From Paecilomyces variotii (lineage: Eukaryota), in the NCBI GenBank assembly GCA_004022145.1, contig RCNU01000003.1: a stretch of 64,000 nucleotides of DNA; one strand, 5' to 3'. The position numbers and the translations under genes are program-made. Position 1 is the stretch's first letter. Each line of letters begins with the position of its first letter. Below, one piece after another: positions 53,511 to 64,000 of the stretch. Below the pieces are notes generated by a model. It was not told the DNA's origin. It did no database searches and was given only the letters and a program-made list of their open reading frames with translations.

Positions 53511-55546
53511 AGCGATGAATGAGGACAGTAAGGGATGGAACTCTGAGTGTAATAGAGAAATATTCCTTCCAGTTTGTGTGCGTACTAATAAAGATATGGG
53601 TAAGAGAGGTGAAGCTTCGAACATAAGGAGTAGTTCCCGTAACATAAAGAGGGTCCTCAACAGGCAGTCATGTGGTTTATTCTGGAGTTTGGTGGATTGT
53701 GCGGCTCAATCGAGACGATGAGATCTGTCTTTCTCAGCATGAGAGTTCATACGACTTCCGAGTACCCTTGGCTTTGCAGGCGTCCAATCATGCACATCGA
53801 AACTCGAGGTGTGTGGTAGTATCTACCTATCCTGGCAGAGATTGTGCTCGGGTATAGGTGATAAGGCTAACTTCAGCATGCATAAAGGAATCATCAACAC
53901 CGATTACACTGGAATGGGTGTAATCTTGGTATTTCTTTCGTTTCACAGGCTCCCCGGCTAAGACTTCATAGGATCAAGGCAGGGTACTGCTTACCAGCCC
54001 AATAGGTGCCTATGTGGTCATCCTAGTATCCCAAGAACCCCAGTGCGCGGAGTAGTCGCATATACACTAAGAAGGCTAGAGTGCTGCCCCTGTACCTCTA
54101 TTCCGGAGGCCTCTAAACAATCTTTATCCTCCTCAGTTACTTGTATTAAAAACAAGCTGTTGTGAGTCTCATTCTGCCAAGCCATAATATAGATAAGTAG
54201 GTTCATTATAAAAGTTTATTGAGGAGTTCTTTTTGGTCGAGTGACAGAAAGCCATCATATTATAACGTTCGCTGGTCCCTATCAGGACCACCATTGACTC
54301 TTAGTAAAAACAGGGGCCGCCACGGGAAGACAGTCAATTGGTTTAACCAGTGGCCAACTGGTCGAGAGTTCATGAGATAAAGGCAGGGTACTGCCCACTG
54401 AACTAAGTAGTGGTTGGCCGTTCAATGCTCAAGCCTCACGTAGTTCTCCGAGACTCCCGAATGGAGCTAATCTTGCTGCTCCACAGCTTCGTTTTATTCC
54501 ATCAAACTAATGTCTACCCCGTTTTCTGCCAGCTGGTTTGATGGGTTCCCACAAGACTGCAGCCGATATCTATTGTAAGATGCGGCACGGCATCTCGTCT
54601 AAAGTTGACGATAGTCGAGGCCAAACAGGGGCTGTGAACGCGCCAGTGAGGCATCGTAGGCCACGAGGCTGCAGTAAGGATAGAATGGGACCTAAGAGAG
54701 AGCCAGGATGAGCAAGACGCGAGCAATGCGGGAGTACTTAGATAGGCTTTAAGTAGCGGGGGAGCAAAGCGGCGGAAGTTCAGGTAGAACCAACTTAAGC
54801 GACTCGGTTACCTTGGGCTCCAAGATATGCCTGAAAATTGTCTAGATCCGTGCTTGGGACCTGTGAGAATCCCTACAAACAACTTCTTTTCTTCCACTCG
54901 TATAAGTTGGAGATGGCGGGCTGTATTCCTACGAGAGTTGTTGAAATTTCCAGGAGGGCGGTCGCGCCCACGTTCAAAGACTCTGGACAATCTCAAGTTA
55001 GAGTGGTAAGTACGCGACTCACCGCGTTTGAAGCACGGGGGGCCCTTCACAAGAAAATTTCCTGGCTGGGTACTATTTTCTTCTTGTATGTAAACTGTTT
55101 GTCGTGTCCGTTGTAGCTTCTATGGCTTTATTCAACTCATACCTGATTATCGGTAACTGCTGCGATTGAAACCTTCGAACATTACCTGATCACCGTCGAT
55201 TGCTTGCTATTTAATATGCATGCCGAACCTGAAGATGGTCATATCACTTGAGTTCATAATATGCAATCTCCTGGCCTATTATTATCGTAGGACAGATTCT
55301 AAAATTGTAACTAAATTGAGGAACTTGAGAGATAGTGGAGAATGGAGATGGATGAAGCTTGGCGGCTCGTACTTAGGTACTTGACTCGGCGCTGGCCATT
55401 GTATTGATTGTGCGATGGCCTAGTCATTCCTATATTTCATACAGACAGACTACACAATACCAAATTAAGTATTTATCATCCCTCAATTAGTAGAGGTCGA
55501 ATGCTCACATGAATACGAGGCGCTCCAAGTTCGTTCATCAGCAAGG

Positions 55547-57307
55547 ATGCTCTCGCAACGCGGCACATCGAGAGCGGGGTTTTTCGATATCCCCTGGCGA
55601 TACGCCCCAACGCAGACATACGACAGGGAAAAGAATCCTGATGGTCTAATCTCCTTTGGAATGGCAGAGCATGTAGGTAACATGGCCCACTTCGCGATGA
55701 TACTGTACTGACCGGTACAAGACCGAATAGCTAACAACAATAAACAGGTACCCATGCGGAAAGAGATTGTGAAATTTACAACGAAAAGGTATCTCAATTA
55801 CCAGAAGAAGTATCTGTTGACCACTGTCCGATCTAAATCTACCTCTAGGTCATATTCACAGAGGACAGCATTGGGTATCGCGCGAAACCACCCTCTGCTA
55901 CCCGTCTTCCTACAGCTCTCGCAGCGCACATTAATAAGAATTTCAATCCTTACTCCCCTGTTGACCCAAACAATGTCTTGACAGTCAGCAGCCCAACTGC
56001 TCTAGGAGGCATGCTGGGTTTTACGTTAGCAGAACCCGGAGATGGTATTCTTGTTAGTCGGCCTATGTACGGCCGTTTCGAGCTGGATTACGGCGTCGAG
56101 GCGGACATCAAGATCATCTATGCAGACACAGAACCCGAAGAGAGCTTCACGCCTGCCGTTGTTCGCAAATATGAGGTTGCTCTGAAGGAGGCTGAGCAGA
56201 ATGGGGTAAAGATTCGAGCAGTCTTAATCGCAAATCCGAATAATCCCGTTGGTAAGCATCCATAGATTACTTGTATTAGGACGGGCTTTTAACCCCATAC
56301 TCACGGCGACTGTGATCCACCAGGCCGCTGCTATCCAGTTGAAACATTGAAAGAGATCTGTAGATTCTGCCAGAAACACCAGATCCACCTCATCAGCGAC
56401 GAGGTATACGCTCTTTGTGTCTTCGATTCCGGTGACGCAGACGCAGTTCCGTTCTCCTCTATCCTATCTCTCGACTTCTCCAACTTGATAGATCCAAACC
56501 TCGTGCATTTCATGTACGGATTCAGCAAGGTCCTTTGCCTACTTTCCTCGCGTCGCAATCGATGTGTCTAACTTGTACGAATATAGGACTTCGCATCAGG
56601 TGGCTTACATCTCGGTTTCCTAATCTCTCAAAACAAGCAGCTTCTTCGCGCCTGCAAAGCTATCTTGTTAGTTCCACTACACACATAACCAACCAGAAAA
56701 ATCAAACTAACATCAAGTATCAGGAGACTCCACGCCGCATCCGGTGCAGCAGTCACCATCGGAGCCGCTATTCTCGAAGATCAAGAATTCGTCTCGAGTT
56801 TCATCTCCAAAGCCCGCCAGAGTCTTGCATCACGCTACCGTATCGCGACATCGACTCTCGACAAGGCAGGAATCCGATACGTCAAAGGAGGGTATGGCCC
56901 CGTCTCTCCCGTCCGAATATATTCCTTCAGACTTGTTTCAGAAATTGACCTCTCATGATAGGAACGCTGGTTTCTTCATCTACATCGATTTATCTCCCTA
57001 CCTGCCTCCTGAATCAGCAGAAAATCCTTCCCATCAGAAAAGGGAATTTGCTCTCGCGCAGAAATTACTCGATGAGGGTGTGTTTCTGCATCCGGGAGAG
57101 GAACACGCTGCGAATCCGGGCTGGTTCCGACTTGTTTTTACGCAGGATGAAGATATTCTTAGAGAGGGGTTGAGAAGGTGAGTTTTCTTCCTTATTTGGA
57201 TATTCACGTCTGAGCCGCAAGATGAGGATAATGGGCGGGCTAATATACATGATAGGCTTATAAATGCTGTCAAAGGGCAGGACAGAAACGGGTCTTTTGG
57301 TAACTAA
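55547..57307 (+). CDS. PLP-dependent class I/II aminotransferase, ACC-synthase-like
   Basis: YDREKNPDGLISFGMAEH, ANPNNPVG/RCY, HLISDEVYA, YGFSK/DFASGGLHLG, NAGFFIYIDL, PGWFRLVF; about seven introns. The exon 2 frame is problematic (see findings). Confidence 0.82.
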
Positions 57308-57449
57308 ATTATGCGACTTGCATCCAAGACTAGAAATTCTACATAGAAGTAAGTTTTGGCCAAATAAATAAAAAAGACGAAAGGATAGAACCTCTACATG
57401 ATAGAATAGCAATACGACGAATTCCTCAGAGTCCTCCTATCCTACATCT

Positions 57450-58214
57450 TCACGAAACAGTCTCCAGGAAAAAAGCAATAGCGTCTTCAAGACTAATCCG
57501 TTGAAGTCGTTCTTCCGAGCAAGCAAACTCCTCTCTTGGGAACCAGTCGCCGATATTTTCTTCCCCCTTAAGCACCATTTCAGCCAGTGCCTTGCCAGTT
57601 AACCAACAATAAGCCATCCCATGGCCACAGAAACCCGCACCAACCCATTCAGCGCTGCGCCCTGACTCAAGCTTCCGGCCGCTGATTCTCGAAGGCACTT
57701 TTCCGACAATGGGGAGACCGTCAACTGTATATCCCATAATGCCGGTCCATTTGGTGAGTATTTTTGATCCTTTACCATTTCGAAATCTATCTTGCATCGT
57801 CTTCTCGAGATATCGGAGAGCAGCTGTATTCTGTTGATCATCACGTACGTTCCCGACGTCAATATTGCTTTCCTCGGATCCAGGCTCCGTTAAAGCCTGT
57901 AGTAGACCTCCCCCAAGGTATATATCACCAGATGGCGAAGGAGACTGCGTAACGTATTCATACCCGGGGGCATAATGCAGAAGCCACGATCGTTTATCTC
58001 CCACACATGGGAATGAAGACGGTCGAGACTGAACAGTCATTTGCCCTCGTAGTGGAAACAGTGGTCCTCGAAGTCCCGGTAGAAGATGCCCAGCGTGTCC
58101 ATTTGTGCAATGTACGACATGCTGAGCAAAGATGGAACCACGACTAGTTCTGATTTCATAAGGGTACTCTTCCAACCCAGATACCTCGATTGGCTCCACC
58201 GGAGTATTTGTCTC
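57450..58214 (-). pseudogene. 5'-truncated FAD-dependent oxidoreductase (DAO/PuuB-like), C-terminal half only
   Basis: ETNTPV, HVVHCTNG, PLRGQM, WTGIMGYTVDGLPIVG, GFCGHGM are present. No GxGxxG FAD-binding N-terminus was found upstream on this strand. Confidence 0.72.
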
Positions 58215-59479
58215 TACGTCAAAGGAGGGTACGACCCCATCTTCCCCTGTCAGAATATATCTGTGGATTGAAGTTGAATGAAAAAGTCAGTCTTCCTTTG
58301 AAATCTGTGTTGAAACACGTCATGTTCTGGTTCGATCCAGAATGGCGCTACGTACTTAAGTATCCGGCCGCCGCGTCGGAACGTGTGCGAGAATTCCAAT
58401 AGACAGACGAACTCCGACGTTTCTTGTTTTGAAGGTCCAATGATCCGCATGCAGCAGAAGCATTCGTGGAAAAAAATTGGCCAACGACGATCTTTTCTCT
58501 GGAATGGCCAAGCTCAGCAGTGCGACCTGGGCATGTCTCTAGTTTTCCGATATAGATAGAGAAACTGCGAGGCTTCGTTACTCGTGCGGCGTCAGGTTCA
58601 GAAGATGTTCTTGCGCAGCTCGACACCAATAACGTTGAGCATCTCAGGAAAGTGTGAGTATCTCTTCGTATCGTTTCTGATCTATATCAATGATAATTGG
58701 GTTCTTACTATACCATGTACGAATGGTTTCCTTTGTGTGCTTGATGATCGAGAATTCTTCCTGCTGATCATTCCCTCTACCTACGTTCTTTCTTATGGAT
58801 AGTATCTTTCTATGAAGGCATATCTCGCTGAAGTCGTCTCCGGTATGTACGAAGAGAGGGTCGATCTACAAAAAGAGAACATCGACGCACCTAAAGCGTG
58901 GTGAACAAGTGCTCGCGCTCATTCGCTCATTCGAACGCCGCGAGAAATCCTTATGAAACGACTTAGTTTGGAAATAGCATCTAACTATTCCATCATTGCT
59001 GATCCTTAAGCAAATAACACTTAGAATAGTTTGGACTGGACATTGGAATGGGCTCGAAAACGCTCATATCTGGCTTTTATTTTGCTATCCGAACAGCAGC
59101 GCGAAATTGTGGTTTTAGTTGCGCTGTGGTTTTAGTCAGAGGGGGTGTTTGTTTTCTCAGGGACAGGGGGTTGGGCTAGAATGGTTATTGGAATTTAGTG
59201 AGAAGATATGACCAGGCAGTAATTGCCCTATGCTAGACGCTGTAGTCTGGAAATTGTCTTTCTATTAGTTCTTTGTGCAAGATGAAGTTAAAATATGAAT
59301 GATATCCTACCCGGAAGGAACGCCAATGCACTAGCTAAAGGAGATAAGAAGGCCACTCCCTGGGTTAAATAAATAAGATACTATCTGTAATGGATGGTTC
59401 AGGTGTTGAACACTCGCCAATGGGGAATAGAACGATCATAATACATAGGACATGACATAGAAATGTATACCATGGAGCA

Positions 59480-61931
59480 CTAAGAGGCGTGGTTAAACCC
59501 TTCCTGCTGCCAATCATCTCGGTTCAGTTGTCCCGAACTTCCTCCGCCGGCAGCGCCAGCGCCAGCGGCCGCTCCATTCAGAGCACCTAGAGCTGCACTG
59601 CTATGCTTTTCTATCTCAGTGGTGCTCATCATGTACAGCATGAGAAATATGAGAACATGCAACGCGAAACAGTAGGCAGCGAAGATATTTCGGCTCGTCC
59701 GATTGGCAAGCACTATGCGTGTGATAGAAAAGACGATACGTTCTGGAAGACTCATGCGCTTATATGCACGTGCAGCTTCCCGACCTCGGAAAGCTGCAAA
59801 GGGCGATAGCTGCGCTTCATATGCAGATTGGTACCGATCAAGAGACAAACCAGAAGGTGTGTCTGCCGAGAGATGAACTGAAGTCGAGCTCGGCTTATTG
59901 GCATAAGCAGACCCTGAAGTGGACGCCCCTTGGCTACGACTGTACGTGGAAACGTAGCGCGTCTTCTCATACAGGTTGAGATTGTCCTTCTGGAGCGAAG
60001 CCACTTCCTGCCTAAGTGATTTGACGGTGGCATACGTCTTGGAGAGTTCCTCCTCAAGCTCCGCGTTCTTCTTCTTGAAGCGATCACGCTGCGCCTGGAC
60101 CATTGGGAGGATACCGGATCCGCCTCCAACTGCTTCTCCTGCCCGAATAGCATCCATTGTGTTGGCAGAGGCAGCGCTCTGGTCGAAGCCAGAAATGATT
60201 GAGGAAGTCGGTGAACTTGCTCCCCGACGCGATTGGTGGTACCTGGAGGTGTAGGTTCCCGCGACGGACATCGCGGTCGATGGGAAAGCGTTAGCACTCT
60301 CCTGCTGCATCTGCAACAAGTCGTTCTCCAGCTTCGTGGCGAGGCCTTGCGACTGTTCAAGCTCCGCCGTGGTCTTCGTAAGCTCTTCTCGAAGAGCCTC
60401 TAGTTGTCCCTGCAGATCTCTGTGGGAGACTCGAAGGAGAGTAAGCTCATCATTAAGCTTCTTGTTTCTGGAGAGAAGTAGCTGCTCGAGAGAATTCTCT
60501 TTAGACTTCGACGAGGCACCATTTGCAGTCGCCTCGCCGCCGTTCTCTACAGCCGTGTCCCCAGTATCGTCGTCATCACCAGCAGCGAATTCGACAGCCT
60601 GGCACAATTAGCCCTCGGTCTTTTGGCTTCGATGCAACAGAAAAAAAGAAGAGGCACTCACTTTCATAACTTCGAGTTCCCTCCGGATATCATCATAGTC
60701 TGCATACTTGTCCAACTTCGACCGCAGTTCATCCCTTTCAGCAGTGATTTTTGCGCTCGTTCTCTCGGACTGCCGGAGCTTAGCTTCCCATGAGTGCCGC
60801 TCCGAGTCACGGTCAAATCTCGCCGCATCAAGCTTCCGTAACAAAGACGAGTTTTCGGATTGTAGTCGCAAATATGCTGGGTCATCTTCAACGGGCGTTT
60901 TCTGTTCTGATTGGGAGTGAGAGACGGCCTGGGCTAGTTCAAGTCTCAACTGTTCGTTTCGTGCTTCAACTTCGGCTAGCCGCAAGCTGGTCTTCTCTAA
61001 TTCTGAGCTAACAAGCTCCAACTCCGCCGCTGTAGCCGCGTTGGGGGCACCCTCGCCTTGGTCATCGTGGCCCAGTCTCTGAGACACCTCGTAGCTGGCC
61101 TTGATCTCCTTCAGTAGGCGCTCCTGATTCTCAACTTTATCCTCTAAACTCTTTTCCTTTGCCTCCCAATTGTTCGACTTTTCTGCCAGTACGGCTGACC
61201 AAGATGCCTCCACTTCTTTGATTCTGGTTTCTTGACTTTCTTCCAACTTCTTCCGGGCCGATCGTTCTTCCTCAAGCTTCTTCTCTGTATCTTCCAGTTG
61301 ACCTGTGAGTCTGTTGACTGATTTCTGTAGATGCTCCTTCTCCGAAGTCAACTTTGGGACAGTGTCTTCCGAGAGGACCAGCGAATCGACCGAGGCCTCC
61401 AGAAGGGGATAAGGATCGGGAGCTTCGGACAGCGATGAATACAGCTGTAGAAACGCGGACGAGGATGCCTTCCCCTGGTTCGTAAGCAGGTCAATGAATC
61501 CCTGATAGGCTATATAGTCATATCAGTGAGATGGTTCGTATCGTCAACCTGAATAGCAGGTACCTTTCAACAAGCCCTTGTATTCTGTTAACTTGGCATT
61601 ATCGTCAAGTTTCCTGAACTCTTTCGTCTTCTGGGCAAGATCTTTTCTCTGCACCACCGCATCACGCTGGCCAGCTACGATGTCTGAGGCGGTGCTGTCC
61701 AGTTTCGGTATGGTGTTGGCCAAGTCGATAGCTGCATGGATCGCACCGATCAGTATTTCCTCAACACGGAGAATATTTGCGGGCAGCCGTATGCTAACCT
61801 CTCCATACTGAAATAGCCCGTTGGAACTTATTGGCCTCCTCTGACTGCCTCTCCGACTTGGGGCCTTGTTGGTCCGCAGGTTGCTGGGCGTGCTCGGGAA
61901 TAAGTCCCTCCGTAACGGCGAAGGTATCCAT
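59480..61931 (-). CDS. coy1: Golgi coiled-coil membrane protein Coy1/CASP
   Basis: QRKDLAQKTKEFRKL, LLK/AYQGFIDLL, long coiled coil, SGILPMVQAQRDRFKKKNAELE, KDNLNLYEKTRY, C-terminal TM YCFALHVLIF; three introns. Confidence 0.92.
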
Positions 61932-62631
61932 TTCTGCAACGATATCCTCACTTCAATTAGAAACGAATAGCATCCTCCGCGAAGAACGCTGTATAGAGGA
62001 CGCAGGAAACAAAGACCGCCTGCTCAGGAACGACACGCTATCCAACAAGCACCACGCGGCCTAACCGTCGATGCGGAGGAAGCTCCGGCGCGGAGCGGGC
62101 CGACATTGTTCCGGCGAACGGGGCAAGTTTATGCTGTGCCTGTGTGATAAACATATTCAACGAATCCTCCATTTAGTTATATGTATTATCAGTTATCACC
62201 TACTGTAGTAATTAACATTGTATATGTTCTTTGGATGTGAGGAGGAGAGACGCCCAAATTCAGGGCACTTGTTGTTAGTTAAGGCATGGGGTCCATGGAC
62301 GTTGCCTGATCTTAAGTATGTACTTATTCCAATTGCTTCAATGAGATAGTCTTGCGATCATTAAACGGTCTAGTACTAACAAATGATCCCTTGACCCAAA
62401 TAGAGAAAAAAGACTTGGGTTGTCGACTCCGTATCATACTCACTTTTGTATATACTCTAGAGCCTCGCAGTGACGTTGCGCCTGACTAAGCAATCGGCCC
62501 CATCGCAGCTCCGCCCTTACAGTAACGGCGACAGCTCTATCCGCTTCCCAATGTTGGCATTGTCTGCTGGAGACTCTCCATGTTTATCTTGAACCTCCCA
62601 GCTGGAATCTTCCTTCCAGCTACGGTCAATT

Positions 62632-64000
62632 ATGGGACCGGGAGATGGTATCGCCAATCCCCGCAAGCGAAGGAAGCTCAGCCCGCGCAACGCTGCTCCC
62701 TACGTTCTCCAGCAGCTTCTCGATAAGGTACCGTTGATAACGGAAGAGACTGGGCCAGATGTCCATATTACATGCGTGGAATACTGGAGTGAGTGAAACC
62801 GGCCACCGCTTATAGAGAGATTTCCTAACAATGAATGCAACGGCATAGATGACAACCTCTACATCGGAACCTCCGTCGCGGAGATCCTGCACTTCGTTGC
62901 TCTTCCCGCAGACCCATCGGATGCTACAGACGACAAGACCTTCATTCTAGCGTCGAGATTGCCCATTGTAGGGTCTCAAAATGCCCCTACAGGGACGCAA
63001 CCTCGTGGGATCCAGCAAATACTTCTTCTCCCCCGCGTTAACAAGGCCTGCATCGTCTGCAATGGCGTCGTCACTTTCTACACGCTGCCGGAACTCAGCC
63101 CGGCATTCGGGAATACGAAGGTCCCCAATTGTAAATGGATCGGAGGCCTCGATCTGAACCAGAGGATAGATGACACAACTGCAGAGAAACCGGTTATCAT
63201 GGTGGCCCTGCAGAGCAGAATCATGCTCGTCAGGATTGGAGATGATGTGCGACGGGTCAGAAACATTGAGTTTCCAGGATGTCTGGTCGCGTCGCGGAGA
63301 AACACAATCGCCTGTGTCGCCGATGGATATTCGTACTCTCTACTCGATGTAGAGCACCAGCAAAAGATTCCTCTGTTTCCGATATCGTCTTCTAGCGAAG
63401 TCTTCCAGTCCGGGCACGTGGAAGATATCCCACCCAGGCAGTATCACTCACCCCAAAGGTCAGGCACACCATCAGGGAATTCTCCTGGTCACAGACGAAG
63501 CGACAGTTTGAATGCGCCTTTAGATAGTCTAGGAGGACGTCAGCGCAGCCCTCACGGTCCCGGCAGATCTGGCGCTGGGACACCAGACCCTTTTATGGCA
63601 ACGGAGACGTCCAGCAGATCAACATCTCAGGACCGTAAATCTCCTAGCCCAGCAAAAGATCTCCCAAGTCCTCCAGCTGAAGAATCGCAAGGCGCCACTG
63701 CCAACAAACAAAAGCCCCTGCCGCCTCCTCCAAAAGTGTCCTCGGCAACGCTGAAGCCACACATTGAGTCTCCGACACCCTCTGAATTCCTGCTAGTTAC
63801 GGGGACAGAAGCCTCGGAGCCTGGAGTTGGTATGTTTGTGAATATGGATGGCGATGTCGTCCGTGGCACAATGGACTTTCACAGGTATCCAGAAGCGGTT
63901 GCCGTCGATAGTACGCAAAATAATGGCGAGGAACAACCAAGTACCGGCACCGAAGAGGGCTTTGTACTCGCTGTCGTAGAAGTCAACGAGGATGGGAAAC
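62632..64000 (+). CDS. CNH-domain Vps3/Vps39/TGFBRAP1-like protein (partial, runs off the window)
   Basis: Not in the ORF track. MGPGDGIANPRKRRKL..ITCVEYW/NDNLYIGTSVAEILHF..IQQILLLPRVNKA..TFYTLPELSP..EPGVGMFVNMDGD; intron 62788-62849. Confidence 0.85.

Noticed and set aside
62645-62740. Alternative ATG (MVSPIP..) for the last gene
   Set aside because: Wrong frame; the ATG at 62632 leads into the conserved ITCVEYW exon.
1-64000. CRISPR arrays, rRNA, tRNA, snRNA or intact transposons
   Set aside because: None were recognised by eye: no repeat-spacer arrays, transposase or RT motifs, or signature RNA sequences. A covariance-model scan could still find small RNAs.

Overview
Eukaryotic, intron-rich DNA from a filamentous ascomycete, probably Eurotiales (it carries an AraR-type regulator and typical GT..CTRAC..YAG short introns). 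About 22 protein-coding loci were reconstructed by hand. A housekeeping block (1-41 kb) holds an F-box-like hypothetical gene, a Ris1/Uls1-type SNF2-RING helicase, an EngB GTPase, AP-3 sigma, ribosomal eL8, nudF/LIS1, an XMAP215/AlpA homologue, epsin, anthranilate synthase I, a hypothetical gene, Sif2/TBL1, a TMEM115-like gene, mitochondrial Mrp49 and cytosolic LeuRS. An accessory-looking island (41-59 kb) holds a GH51 arabinofuranosidase, a Zn-finger/F-box-like orphan, an intronless AraR-like regulator, a P450, an ACC-synthase-like aminotransferase and a truncated FAD oxidoreductase. Coy1/CASP and a Vps3/TGFBRAP1-like gene follow. The most striking signal is in the first intron of the eL8 gene. 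It looks like a nested [D3,4] spliceosomal twin intron (ATG|GTG|gtaagc...ctcat..tag|AGT...gctgac..tag). The internal intron contains three hairpins, one of which hides its own branch point, suggesting a splicing-based regulatory switch. Other oddities are a 3-nt microexon in Mrp49, an in-frame GC-AG intron in Sif2, a frame puzzle in the aminotransferase, and a 45-bp copy of the aminotransferase at the break point of the neighbouring pseudogene. All gene models and names come from manual reading and motif recognition; no database search was run.
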